64,000 nt of DNA from Dehalococcoidia bacterium (GCA_963663895.2 CAXXRD010000003.1:96001-160000), one strand, 5' to 3'. Counted from the stretch's first letter, positions 8,946 through 18,808 are shown. Numbers and translations: made by a program. Notes: generated by a model not told the origin, from the sequence alone.

Positions 8946-9968
8946 ATGGTGATCGTGATGAGCACCGAGGCCGCACAAGCCGATGTAGAACGCGTGCTCG
9001 CGTCTCTGGAAGAGCACGGCTGCCAGGGCGAGCTGACCGTGGGAGTGGAGCGGACCATTGTGACCGTTGTCGGCCCCCAGGCGCCGGAGCTGCCGCAAGA
9101 GATGCGCACGCTGCCGCGGGTCGAAAGCGTGGTGCAGCTTGGCAAGTCGTACAAGCTCGCGAGCAAAGATCTTGAGCGTGCGGCATCGTCCGTCGAGATC
9201 GGAAGTGTCTGCGTCAGCGAGGGAAACTTAACGATCATGGCGGGCCCGGGTGCGGTGGAGGAAGGGTATGACCTGGAAGCGCTGGCCGTAGCGCTAAAAG
9301 CAGAGGGGGTGTCTCTGCTGTGGGGGGGAGCGATGCGGCCGGGGCAGTCGCCGTACGCCTTCCGCGGCGCCGGTGAGGAAGGGCTGCAGCGCCTGGCTGT
9401 GGCAGGAGAAGCGGCGGGACTCGCGGTCGTGAGTGAGGTACCGAGCGTCGCCGAGGTGGCGACGATCGCGCCGTACGTCGACGTGATCGAGATCGGCCCG
9501 TTCAATATGCAGAATTTCGGGCTACTCGAAGCGGCAGCCGAGACCGGTCGGGCGATCCTCCTGCACCGAGGGCTCTCGGCAACCGTAGACGAGTGGCTGC
9601 TGAGCGCGGAGCACGTGCTGCACGCGGGGAATGAACGGCTGGTGCTCTGCGAGTCCGGCATTCGTTCCTACGATGCCTCCACACCCGCGACGCTTGATCT
9701 GTCGGCGATACCGGTACTCAAGGAGCTGACGCACCTGCCAGTCTTGGTAGACCCGGCGCGCGGAGCGGGGAGAGCGGATCTGGTGGAGCGGCTGGCCCTG
9801 GCGGCCGTGGCCGCGGGAGCGGATGGTTTAGCGATCGAGGTGCATCCAGCACCGAGTCAGGCACTCGTCGATGGCGCTCAGTCGCTGGCGCTGCAGCAGT
9901 ACGGGGAACTGGTGCAGCGCCTCGATCTGCTGGCACAGGCGCTGGGACGGCCCCTCCAGCGTGTCTGA
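8946..9968 (+). CDS. Type I-beta DAHP synthase homolog with N-terminal ACT-like domain; active site degenerate
   Basis: Collinear with AroF I-beta ([32 protein letters not shown]) but catalytic motifs substituted. Confidence 0.85.
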   Translation: MVIVMSTEAAQADVERVLASLEEHGCQGELTVGVERTIVTVVGPQAPELPQEMRTLPRVESVVQLGKSYKLASKDLERAASSVEIGSVCVSEGNLTIMAGPGAVEEGYDLEALAVALKAEGVSLLWGGAMRPGQSPYAFRGAGEEGLQRLAVAGEAAGLAVVSEVPSVAEVATIAPYVDVIEIGPFNMQNFGLLEAAAETGRAILLHRGLSATVDEWLLSAEHVLHAGNERLVLCESGIRSYDASTPATLDLSAIPVLKELTHLPVLVDPARGAGRADLVERLALAAVAAGADGLAIEVHPAPSQALVDGAQSLALQQYGELVQRLDLLAQALGRPLQRV

Positions 9969-10076
9969 GCAACGGAGACATGATGCCGACAGCAGCCCTA
10001 TGGTCGGTGCAGACAGGCATAATGATCCTGTGAAGCAGGAAGGCGATAGTGCCAGCGAGACGAGAGAGGATCACGG

Positions 10077-10373
10077 ATGAGTATCACCGTGCGTATTCCC
10101 ACGCCGCTGCGGGGGATCACCCGCAACCAGGATGCCGTGACGGCGGAGGCAGTCGACATCGAGACGCTGATCGCGAATCTTGAAGAATCCTACGCAGGGA
10201 TCGCGGCGCGCTTGGTGGACGAGAAGGGCGAGTTGCGACGGTTCGTGAACGTGTTCGTGAACGGCGAGGACGTGCGCTTCTTGCAGGGACTACAGACAAC
10301 CCTCCAAGCTGGCGACGAAGTGAGTATCGTGCCAGCGGTAGCAGGGGGCAGCGTGGCCGGAGGCCGTTCATGA
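10077..10373 (+). CDS. MoaD/ThiS/CysO-family ubiquitin-like sulfur carrier with masked C-terminal GG
   Basis: ITVRIPTPLR, RRFVNVFVNGEDVRFLQGLQT, DEVSIVPAVAGG followed by SVAGGRS. Confidence 0.88.
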   Translation: MSITVRIPTPLRGITRNQDAVTAEAVDIETLIANLEESYAGIAARLVDEKGELRRFVNVFVNGEDVRFLQGLQTTLQAGDEVSIVPAVAGGSVAGGRS

Positions 10374-11143
10374 TCCGCACAGATGTCGACGGGCCGATCG
10401 TCACGTTGACGCTCGATCGGCCCGAGAAGATGAACTCGCTCAGCCCTGCGATGTTCAGCGAGCTGGCCCGCTTCTGGCCGGAGTTCGAAGCAGATGAGTC
10501 GCTACACGTGGCGATCGTGACCGGAACCGGACGCGCCTTCTCGTCCGGCCGGGATCTCGTCCGTACCAATGCGGCGCAAGACGAGCGGGAACGCTACGAC
10601 GGCGCCGATCCCGATGCCCCCTTCGCCATCGACCAGATCTCCAAACCCGTGATCGCGGCGATCAACGGCTGGTGCCTGGCGGCGGGGTTCGCACTGGCGT
10701 TGGCCTGCGACCTGCGGATCATGTCAGAGGGGGCCCGGATCGGAAGTGTGGCGCCGCGCCGTGGACTCCTATCTGCGGCCGGGCAGGCCCAGCGGCTCGT
10801 ACGGTACGTTCCGTTCGGGCTCGCGCTGGAATTGCTGCTGCGCGGGAACCACATTGATGCCCACGAGGCGCACCGGATCGGTCTTGTGAACGCGGTCGTG
10901 CCGCCCGATCAACTCCAGTCGACAGCGCGCGCTTGGGCGGAGGAGATCGCGTCGAACGCGCCGCTCTCGGTGCGCTACAACAAGCGTGCCGCCTACGAGG
11001 GCGGGCTATCCTCCAACGGAGCCTTCCAGCGAGGACTGGAGATCGAGGCGGAACTCTACCGCAAGATTCTGCGAACGGAAGATATGCAGGAGGGCGTGCG
11101 GGCCTTCATGGAAGGACGCGCGCCCGTCTACAAGGGTCGCTAG
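10370..11143 (+). CDS. Enoyl-CoA hydratase/isomerase (crotonase) family protein
   Basis: LDRPEKMNSL, AFSSGRDL, KPVIAAING, ACDLRI, EGVRAFMEGRAPVYKGR. Confidence 0.9.
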   Translation: MIRTDVDGPIVTLTLDRPEKMNSLSPAMFSELARFWPEFEADESLHVAIVTGTGRAFSSGRDLVRTNAAQDERERYDGADPDAPFAIDQISKPVIAAINGWCLAAGFALALACDLRIMSEGARIGSVAPRRGLLSAAGQAQRLVRYVPFGLALELLLRGNHIDAHEAHRIGLVNAVVPPDQLQSTARAWAEEIASNAPLSVRYNKRAAYEGGLSSNGAFQRGLEIEAELYRKILRTEDMQEGVRAFMEGRAPVYKGR

Positions 11144-11248
11144 CGCAAGGCCGTGCTCCCTTGCAGGCGACGGATCCCGCTCCGGCAATCAGGAAAAGCA
11201 ACCGAACCGCCCCTCTCCGCGTCCGTGCTGGAGCTACCTCGTAGCGCG

Positions 11249-12061
11249 CTAGGGATCGGGGTCCGTAGGAGATCCACCGGTATCATTCACCTCTTCTTCA
11301 TCAAGAAGAGGGATGAGCAAGATCTGGCCAACATGGATGATGTCGAACTCACCGATCTCATTGGCTTCAATGATCGCGTCAACGGAAGAGCCGAGTGCAT
11401 CGGCGATGTCGTAGATCGTGTCCCCGGCAACAACCTCGTAGAGGACCGTGTTGGGCGTTTCGCGCGGTGCATTCACAACCTCGATAGGACGGGCGAGCCC
11501 TGGTTGGGGGTTGGTCGGTGCTTGGATGTCGATAGGATCGCGGCTGGGATCCGCCGTCTCGGCAGCGGGATCGACGGTCGCCGCAGGCTCAGGAACGGCT
11601 GACTTTTCGAAGTCGATGACTCTGGCGTCGGGCGGCTGCTCGGCGACGGGAAGAGGAGCCGTGCCATCTCCTTGTCCGCCGACGGCGTCGCCGATAAAGA
11701 TGATGAGGGCGAGCACGCCAATCGCGCCGGAGACCAAGGTGACATGCACGGAGTCTGGGAGGACCCAGCGACCGCTCCCGTCGGGTCCAGGCAGGCCCAG
11801 GTAAAGCAGGCGAGAACGACGGGAGGGATTGCCACTGCGGAATGGCGCCCCTCGGGGGCTATAGCCGCTCGAGGCGGGGACCACGATGGAATTGGGGACG
11901 GTAGCGGAGTCGATCCACCAGACGATGAGCGATACGAACAGGGTCAGGAGCCCCAACACGAGGAGCCAGATGCCCGATCCCGGCCAACCAATACCGAAGA
12001 TGAGGAGAAGGAGAAAAGCGCCAGTGGCAAGAAAGCCTGCGCTTTTGACGTCGAGGCGCAC
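11249..12061 (-). CDS. Membrane protein with C-terminal LysM domain
   Basis: Three TM segments; YEVVAGDTIYDIA...IIEANEI...IHVGQILLIP. Confidence 0.85.
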   Translation of the reverse strand: MRLDVKSAGFLATGAFLLLLIFGIGWPGSGIWLLVLGLLTLFVSLIVWWIDSATVPNSIVVPASSGYSPRGAPFRSGNPSRRSRLLYLGLPGPDGSGRWVLPDSVHVTLVSGAIGVLALIIFIGDAVGGQGDGTAPLPVAEQPPDARVIDFEKSAVPEPAATVDPAAETADPSRDPIDIQAPTNPQPGLARPIEVVNAPRETPNTVLYEVVAGDTIYDIADALGSSVDAIIEANEIGEFDIIHVGQILLIPLLDEEEVNDTGGSPTDPDP

Positions 12062-12150
12062 GAGCGGCCTCCAAAAGGGCCACCGCCACTATCATATAGT
12101 CTACTCAGCTCTCGCAAGCGCACAAGCGAGATCGCCGATCGGGGAAAGCG

Positions 12151-12495
12151 ATGCCGATCTTCATCGCGCTCGGACAGGTCACGAGCCAGGGCGCACAGAA
12201 CCACGACCATCTGATCGCACGACACGAGGAAGCGGTGAAGCGCGCCACACAACTCGGCGGGCGCGTGCTCAGCTCCTATGCCACGATGGGGCGCTATGAC
12301 TTCGTGGTGACGCTGGACTGCCCGAACATGGAGACGGCGATGCGCATTCTGACCCGGGAAGCCGCCGGCGGAAACATCCGCTATGAAACGATGGCCGCGA
12401 TGCCCACGCGTGACTTCGCGCAACTCTTTCTGGACAAGGCGGCTTTGGAAGAGGAGCATCGCGTGCTGCGCTCTGGCCGGCGCAAGCAATCTTAG
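12151..12495 (+). CDS. GYD-domain protein
   Basis: LGGRVLSSYATMGRYDFVV...GNIRYETMAA. Confidence 0.82.
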   Translation: MPIFIALGQVTSQGAQNHDHLIARHEEAVKRATQLGGRVLSSYATMGRYDFVVTLDCPNMETAMRILTREAAGGNIRYETMAAMPTRDFAQLFLDKAALEEEHRVLRSGRRKQS

Positions 12496-12648
12496 GACGC
12501 TGGGCGGCGATCCCTTGTCCTTGGCCGCCCCCGAGCAGGAACCACTGTTCCCATGGACCCGTTGCGCGCGCGGAGAGCAGTGGGGCACACTTTGTCCCGT
12601 CTGGTACTCTAGGCGAGCCTCGCAGGGGGCACTCCTCAGGACGAAACG

Positions 12649-13422
12649 GTGATCCGCGCAGTCTCTCGCCATCGCTATGCGATCCGCCTCGGACGGGAAG
12701 TCGCATTAGTCATGGTGGCGTATTGGGCTTACTACCTGGCACGGGCGCTCACAGCAGGCCGTGTCGAAGACGCCTTCGATAACGCCCACATCATCGTTTC
12801 AACTGAGCAAGCGCTGGGGATCTTTGTCGAATTACCTCTGCAGATCGCTCTGCTCGGCTACGACCTGATCGTGCACTTTTTCAGCCTTTGGTACTTCTGG
12901 GGTCATTTCCCATTGATCGCGCTGTTCGGCGTATGGACGTTATTCCGGCACGGGGACGATTACCGTTGGGCTCGCAACGCGATCTTCATTGCGGGAGCGC
13001 TGGCACTGATCGGGTATGCGGCATTCCCGGTCGCGCCGCCGCGGCTGCTGCCTGCAGCGGGCTTCGTCGACACGCTGGATTCGGCTTTCGTCCTGAAATA
13101 CAGCGACTCAACCCTCGTGAATCAGTTCGCGGCGGTACCCAGCATGCACTTCGGATTCGCGGTGATCATTGGAGCGGCGCTGTACCGCATCCTCGGCGGA
13201 CGGCGCGGGGCCGCAGCGGGGCTGCTCATCGCGTCGCTGATGCTGACCAGCATCATCGTGACCGGCAACCACTATTTCCTGGACGCGGTGCTGGGGCTGC
13301 CTCCGGCAATCGCGGGAATGATGCTCGCGACGCGGATCGAGCGCTACCGCTACATTCCCCGTCTTATGGCCTGCCTACAACGATCCCTCCTTGGGGAGAG
13401 AAGGCGCGCACTCCGCGTCTAA
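12649..13422 (+). CDS. PAP2_3 / AUR1 (inositol-phosphorylceramide synthase)-like membrane phosphotransferase
   Basis: FPVAPPRL, GFVDT, NQFAAVPSMHFG, TGNHYFLD. Confidence 0.82.
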   Translation: MIRAVSRHRYAIRLGREVALVMVAYWAYYLARALTAGRVEDAFDNAHIIVSTEQALGIFVELPLQIALLGYDLIVHFFSLWYFWGHFPLIALFGVWTLFRHGDDYRWARNAIFIAGALALIGYAAFPVAPPRLLPAAGFVDTLDSAFVLKYSDSTLVNQFAAVPSMHFGFAVIIGAALYRILGGRRGAAAGLLIASLMLTSIIVTGNHYFLDAVLGLPPAIAGMMLATRIERYRYIPRLMACLQRSLLGERRRALRV

Positions 13423-13571
13423 CCCCTCTGGGTAATCTTCCAAGAGCAGGTGGCTCGCTCGTCAATAGGCCGGATCGGCTTACACTACGTATGGAGCCGG
13501 CCCGCTCTCGCCCCTGTGGGCGCTCGCTGCGCTTGGCTGAGTCCAGAGGGATGGCAGGGGAGGCGCGAACC

Positions 13572-14849
13572 ATGACCACCGCCGACGACGCTCCGCCTCT
13601 CAACGAGGAGATAGCCAACCTGGCGCTCAATGAGATCGAGGGCCCGCAGAGCCGGTCCCAAAGCGCGGACGTCTTCGAGCGCTTCAAGGGTTTTCGTCTC
13701 GTCGAACAGGTCCGCGCCTTAGGCCTGTATCCCTTCTTCTTGCCGATCGAGGTGAACGAAGGACCCGAGGCCATTATCGACGGCAAGCGAGTCCTGATGC
13801 TGGGATCCAACAACTACCTGGGCCTCACGCGGCACCCCAAGGTCTTGGCGGCGGCCAAGGAGGCGCTAGAGCGGTACGGCCCATCAATGACGGGCTCGCG
13901 GCTGCTGAACGGCACCAGCGTTATCCACGAACAGCTCGAGGAGCGGATCGCTTCGTTCTTGGGATGGGAAGCGGCGCTGATCTGTACGACGGGCTATCAA
14001 GCGAACCTCTGTGTGATCTCCGCCCTCGTTGATCGCGGCGTGACGGCGGTGATCGATAAGATGGATCACGCCAGCATCTACGACGCGGCGGCGCTGGCGC
14101 TGGGCGAGTCGGTACGGTTCCGGCACAACGATGTCGCACATTTGGAGGAGGTGCTCCGGGGACTCCCGGAAACCGCAGGGCGGCTGGTCATCGTGGATGG
14201 GGTCTACTCCATGGGAGGCGACATCGCGCCGCTGCCCGAGATCGCTGCCGTATGTCAGCACTACAAGGCGCGGCTGGTGGTGGACGACGCGCACGCCATC
14301 GGAACCGTGGGGGAGCGTGGCACGGGAACACCCAGCCACTTCGGGATCACCGAGGGGGTCGATATCGTCGTCGGAACCTTTAGCAAGTCGCTCGCCTCAG
14401 TGGGCGGGTTTTGCGCCGGGCCGAAGTACGTGCTGGAGCACATCAAGCATTTCGCTCGCCCCATGATCTTCACGGCGGCCCCTCCCCCGGCTTCGGCGGC
14501 AGCGGCGCTGGCGGCGATCGAGTGCATCGAAGAGGAACCCTGGCGGGTCGCGCGTGTGAAGGAGATCGGAGCGCGGGTGCGCGTGGCTCTCCGCGAGATG
14601 GGCTTCAATATCGGTGCAACGGAGACACCGATCGTTCCGATCATCATCGGCAGCGAGCTCAAAACTGCGCTGTTCTGGCGAGATCTACTGGACAACGGGA
14701 TCTACACGAACGCGGTGGTCGTGCCGGCCGTACCGCGTGGCCAATCCTCGCTGCGGACATCGTACGTAGCGACGCATAGCGACGAACAGATCGAGAGCGC
14801 GCTGGAGCGGTTCGGCGAGCTGGCACGCAAACACGGAATCATCGATTAA
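13572..14849 (+). CDS. Alpha-oxoamine synthase, serine palmitoyltransferase-like
   Basis: GLYPFF...GKRVLMLGSNNYLGLT, DHASI, VDDAH, GTFSKSLAS (PLP Lys); GGAGG before ATG 13572 (alternative starts 13491, 13551). Confidence 0.82.
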   Translation: MTTADDAPPLNEEIANLALNEIEGPQSRSQSADVFERFKGFRLVEQVRALGLYPFFLPIEVNEGPEAIIDGKRVLMLGSNNYLGLTRHPKVLAAAKEALERYGPSMTGSRLLNGTSVIHEQLEERIASFLGWEAALICTTGYQANLCVISALVDRGVTAVIDKMDHASIYDAAALALGESVRFRHNDVAHLEEVLRGLPETAGRLVIVDGVYSMGGDIAPLPEIAAVCQHYKARLVVDDAHAIGTVGERGTGTPSHFGITEGVDIVVGTFSKSLASVGGFCAGPKYVLEHIKHFARPMIFTAAPPPASAAAALAAIECIEEEPWRVARVKEIGARVRVALREMGFNIGATETPIVPIIIGSELKTALFWRDLLDNGIYTNAVVVPAVPRGQSSLRTSYVATHSDEQIESALERFGELARKHGIID

Positions 14850-14867
14850 CGGCGAGCAGGTGGCTGA

Positions 14868-15839
14868 GTGCGAGTGCTACTGACCGGGGCCAGTGGATTC
14901 ATCGGCGCACATACGGCGCGCGCGCTCAGCGAGGCGGGACATACCGTTCGAGCGCTCGTGCGGCCGACGAGCGATCGCTCCGGCCTGGCGGACCTGCCAA
15001 TCGAATACGCGGTGGGGGACTTGATCGGGGCTGGCCTGGCGACTGCCTGTGGGGGAATGGACGCGGTTGTGCACCTGGCCGGCCTGACGCGAGCACGCAG
15101 TGAAGCGCACTTCATGCGCGTGAATGGAGAGGGCACGGCGCTGCTCGCGGAGGCCGCTGCGAACGCGGGTGTGCGCCGATTCGTGTACGTTTCCTCGATC
15201 GCGGCGCACGGGCCTGCTGCCCACGACCAGCCGCGCGACCCGTCGGAGCCAGCGCGGCCGGTCTCGCCCTACGGACGCTCGAAAGCGGCCGGAGAGACTG
15301 GAGCACTGGCACGCGCCGACCGGATGGCGGTGCAGGTGCTGCGGCCGCCGCTCGTCTACGGCCCGCGCGACAATGCGCTTCTCCCGTTCTTCCGCATGGC
15401 ACGGTGGCGGATAGTGCCGGTGATGGGCCGAGGCGAGAACCGTCTGTCGCTCATCCATGCACGGGACCTCGCGGAGAGCATCCGGGCATTGCTGGAGAGC
15501 GAACCGGCCCCGGCGGCCTGTTTTCACGCGGCAGGACCCGGGAAGCCCCAGAGTTGGCGCGAGTTGGTAGAAGCGCTGGGAGGGGCGTTGGAGCGCTCGG
15601 TGAACGTGCTGCCCATACCCGCGGCCGGGTTCGTGGGGGCGGCGCTGGTAGCGGAGTCCGGTGCGCGCCTGAGCAAGGGACCGCCGATACTGGATCGTGG
15701 CAAGGTCACCGAGATGCGGCAGCGCTGGATCTGCGATCACGCAGCCCTCACGGCGGCCACGGGCTGGGAGCCGCGCTGTGCACTCGAGGTGGGGCTACGG
15801 GAGACTGCCGCTTGGTACCGAGCGCACGGGTGGCTCTGA
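14868..15839 (+). CDS. NAD(P)-dependent epimerase/dehydratase (extended SDR), possible ketosphingoid/oxidised-ceramide reductase
   Basis: TGASGFIG, VVHLAGLT, YVSS, YGRSK, RPPLVYGPRD. Confidence 0.82.
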   Translation: MRVLLTGASGFIGAHTARALSEAGHTVRALVRPTSDRSGLADLPIEYAVGDLIGAGLATACGGMDAVVHLAGLTRARSEAHFMRVNGEGTALLAEAAANAGVRRFVYVSSIAAHGPAAHDQPRDPSEPARPVSPYGRSKAAGETGALARADRMAVQVLRPPLVYGPRDNALLPFFRMARWRIVPVMGRGENRLSLIHARDLAESIRALLESEPAPAACFHAAGPGKPQSWRELVEALGGALERSVNVLPIPAAGFVGAALVAESGARLSKGPPILDRGKVTEMRQRWICDHAALTAATGWEPRCALEVGLRETAAWYRAHGWL

Positions 15840-16433
15840 ATGCCGTCTGGGAACGAGCGGCCATTGCTGTCATTCGACCTCGACGGCGTGCTGGCGGCGC
15901 CACCGTTGGGCCGCAACTTCACGATCCAGCGGCGGCTGGATCTACCCTCGCACGCCCTGGCCACCAGAACGGCGCCCGAGCCGGACCCACGCCCTTCACT
16001 CCACGACCGGCTACTGATCCAAACCTACTTTCGGATACGGTACCGGGGCCGGGAGCCGATGCCCGGGGCGCAGGCAGCGGTCGCCGCCGCTGCGACCCGC
16101 TACCGGGTGATCGTGCTAACCGCGCGCAACTGGAGGGGCCGCAAAGCAACGGAAGCATGGCTGAGGCGACACGGGATCCTGGAGCATGTGGAGCGGGTCG
16201 TGCTCAATAACACCGCCCTTGCGTCAGCAAGGTTCAAGGAGCGCGTGGTCCAGCAGCTCGGAGTGACCCGCCACGTGGAGGACGACGCGGCGACGGCGGC
16301 CCTGGTGGCGCGAGCGGGAATAGCGGTTGATCTGATCGACTGGCCAGGGAATCGCGGGCTGGCCTTCCCGGAAAGAGTAACGCGTCGCGCGAACCTCGCG
16401 GCGCTGACGCGGCCGCTCACAGATGACTGCTAG
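15840..16433 (+). CDS. HAD-superfamily phosphatase-like protein
   Basis: FDLDGVL (motif I), LTAR (II), FK (III), HVEDD (IV); abuts the upstream stop. Confidence 0.72.
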   Translation: MPSGNERPLLSFDLDGVLAAPPLGRNFTIQRRLDLPSHALATRTAPEPDPRPSLHDRLLIQTYFRIRYRGREPMPGAQAAVAAAATRYRVIVLTARNWRGRKATEAWLRRHGILEHVERVVLNNTALASARFKERVVQQLGVTRHVEDDAATAALVARAGIAVDLIDWPGNRGLAFPERVTRRANLAALTRPLTDDC

Positions 16434-16441
16434 GTCGTGTC

Positions 16442-16807
16442 ATGGCTGATGATCGTGCATTTGCCGTGCAGGCGCCGCCCGAGGTGATCTGGCGATTACT
16501 ACGCCAAGAGGCGCAGGAGGGGGTGGAAAGTGGGCGGGCGAGAATTCTGCATCAGGAGGCGCCGCGCCGCATGGTGCTAACGGTCCAAATGGGGTGGGGA
16601 CTACAGATCGAGTACGAGTACGGGATCGCAGTGAAGGAAGACCATACCGAGGTGTCGTGTCGGGTACGGCCGCACGGACTGCGGCACCGGATGGCAAACC
16701 TGATCTCGTTCGGACGGGGGACGACGCCGTACCAACTCGCGTTGGCACAAGGATTGGCGAATCTGAAGCAGGAGGCAGAGAAGCTCGCGGCAAAGCCATC
16801 GGGCTGA
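16442..16807 (+). CDS. SRPBCC/START-like protein
   Basis: VQAPPEVIWRLL start and C-terminal GLANLKQEAE helix. Confidence 0.62.
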   Translation: MADDRAFAVQAPPEVIWRLLRQEAQEGVESGRARILHQEAPRRMVLTVQMGWGLQIEYEYGIAVKEDHTEVSCRVRPHGLRHRMANLISFGRGTTPYQLALAQGLANLKQEAEKLAAKPSG

Positions 16808-16853
16808 AACTGAGCGGGGCCGGCAGGGTTCGCAAGCGGTGTAGTCTTGGATC

Positions 16854-17984
16854 ATGGCCGCTGATGGGGCACGCGAGAGACTCAACCAAGCGCGCGTCGT
16901 CCCCTTGCGGCTCGTCAGTCAACCGCGTCCGTCATCTCGATCGCTCGCGGCACTCCTCAGCGAGCTGACCGCGGCCGGCGAGTTGGCCGAGGAGCTGCCC
17001 AAGAGCCGGTTGCGCTGCGTGGCCTGCGGACACCGCTGCCTGATCCCGCCCGGTGCGGTTGGCGTGTGCAAGGTGCGCTTCAACCAAGACGGCATGCTGC
17101 GAGTCCCTTTCGGCTACGTCGGCGCGTTACAGGTCGACCCGGTAGAGAAGAAGCCTTTCTTTCATTTTCTGCCTGGATCGACGGCGCTTTCGTTTGGCAT
17201 GCTGGGCTGCGACTTCCACTGTGGGTACTGTCAGAACTGGGTGACCTCGCAGGCGCTACGCGACCCGCAGGCACAGAGCTCCGCGATGCCGGTAAGTGCC
17301 GGACAGCTTGCGCGGTTGGCGCGAGAGCGGGGCAGCCAGCTCGTCGTGAGCACCTATAACGAGCCACTCATCACCTCGGAATGGGCAGTAGCGATCTTTC
17401 GAGAGGCGCGGGCCTTGGGACTGCGAACGGCCTATGTCTCCAATGGCAATGCGACCCCGGAAGTCCTCGACTACATCCGACCGTACGTCGATGCATACAA
17501 GGTTGATCTGAAGGCCATGCGTGACCGGTCGTATCGCAAGCTGGGCGGACTCTTGGAGCATGTGCGCTGGACAATCCGGGCCGTGCACGAGCGTGGATTC
17601 TGGCTGGAGGTTGTGACCCTCATCGTGCCGGGCTTTAACGACAGCGACGAAGAGCTGCGGGACGCGGCGGAATTCCTCGCGGGCGTGTCGCCGGAGATTC
17701 CCTGGCACGTGACTGCGTTCCATCCGGACTACAAAATGCTGGGGCCTGAACGAACGCCGGTAGACACCTTGCGGCGCGCGCAGCGGATCGGCCGGGACGC
17801 TGGCCTGCAGTACGTCTACTCCGGGAACCTACCGGGGCAAGTGGGCGAGACGGAGCACACCCGCTGTCCGCGGTGTGCCTCGACAGTCATTCAACGATAC
17901 GGGTTCCAAGTGATCGAACGGCGACTCATGGCGGACGGCGCCTGTCCAGACTGCGGCGCTGTGCTACCGGGGATCTGGTCCTAG
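16854..17984 (+). CDS. amrS: AmmeMemoRadiSam system radical SAM enzyme
   Basis: CVACGHRC, DPVEKKPFFHF, GCDFHCGYCQNW, TYNEP, WHVTAFHPDY, YVYSGN. Confidence 0.92.
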   Translation: MAADGARERLNQARVVPLRLVSQPRPSSRSLAALLSELTAAGELAEELPKSRLRCVACGHRCLIPPGAVGVCKVRFNQDGMLRVPFGYVGALQVDPVEKKPFFHFLPGSTALSFGMLGCDFHCGYCQNWVTSQALRDPQAQSSAMPVSAGQLARLARERGSQLVVSTYNEPLITSEWAVAIFREARALGLRTAYVSNGNATPEVLDYIRPYVDAYKVDLKAMRDRSYRKLGGLLEHVRWTIRAVHERGFWLEVVTLIVPGFNDSDEELRDAAEFLAGVSPEIPWHVTAFHPDYKMLGPERTPVDTLRRAQRIGRDAGLQYVYSGNLPGQVGETEHTRCPRCASTVIQRYGFQVIERRLMADGACPDCGAVLPGIWS

Positions 17985-18032
17985 CTACCCTAGCGTCTGT
18001 CCGATCTGCGTGAGGACGCTTCGAGGCGGCCG

Positions 18033-18419
18033 CTAGTGGCGCCGGAAAGCACGGATCGTGCGCGTGATCCAGAAGACCGTCCAGCCTGCGAGAAGCAGCG
18101 AGGCGATCGTGATGCGCGTGCTGTCCACAACCTGATGGACTCGGAATTCGGTAGCAGTGACCTCGAGCGTCGCGACGGGACGAGCCTGGGCGCCCCCGCC
18201 CCCGCCGCCCCCGCCGCTGCGGTCCTCATCCGGTGCATCGCCCCAACCTCCGCCGAAGCCGTAGCCAGTCGAGACGGAGGCAAGGGGAACGATCAGCCGG
18301 CCTTCCACCTGCTGCACTGGTCCTACGACCGCGTCGGCGCTGGCGACTCCCGCCAGTCGCGAGACATGACGGCCGATCTTGCCGACGTGGTCAGTGTCCT
18401 GGTCCACCTCTTGCGTCAT
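18033..18419 (-). CDS. YtfJ/GerW-like protein with C-terminal membrane anchor
   Basis: VVGPVQQVEGRLIVPLASVSTGYGFGGG...GGGGGGGAQARPVA. Confidence 0.78.
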   Translation of the reverse strand: MTQEVDQDTDHVGKIGRHVSRLAGVASADAVVGPVQQVEGRLIVPLASVSTGYGFGGGWGDAPDEDRSGGGGGGGGAQARPVATLEVTATEFRVHQVVDSTRITIASLLLAGWTVFWITRTIRAFRRH

Positions 18420-18422
18420 CGC

Positions 18423-18713
18423 TCAGTCCTTTCTGGGAGAGAAGTGGCAGGCGACCCAGGCAACGATGATCCCAGCCAACACAAGCGCCAACGTCGCGCG
18501 GCCTGTGATGTCGCCTACGACTGCACGCACCACACGACCGTCGGAATAGTGCACGATCGCGCTCTGAGGACGAAGAATGCGGCACGCTCCCCAGGGCGCT
18601 TCGCAGAATAAGCCGATCGCCGTAACGTGCACGCTACCGAGGTCGGTCTCGATAGGATCACTCTCGAAGCGGCCAAGCTCGACCGTGGTTGCAGCGGGGA
18701 GAGAGATCTTCAT
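18423..18713 (-). CDS. Small membrane-anchored hypothetical protein (possible divergent YtfJ paralog)
   Basis: LRPQSAIV...VVGDITGRATLALVLAG parallels ARPVATLEV...VVDSTRITIASLLLAG in the neighbour. Confidence 0.5.
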   Translation of the reverse strand: MKISLPAATTVELGRFESDPIETDLGSVHVTAIGLFCEAPWGACRILRPQSAIVHYSDGRVVRAVVGDITGRATLALVLAGIIVAWVACHFSPRKD

Positions 18714-18808
18714 CTCACGGATCCTGCACAAGCGTTTGCCAAGTGCAACATAAGAATGGCAGAGCCAGCCTACCACGAGGGCCGCGCCCATGACGTGCCG
18801 GCGTCCGC

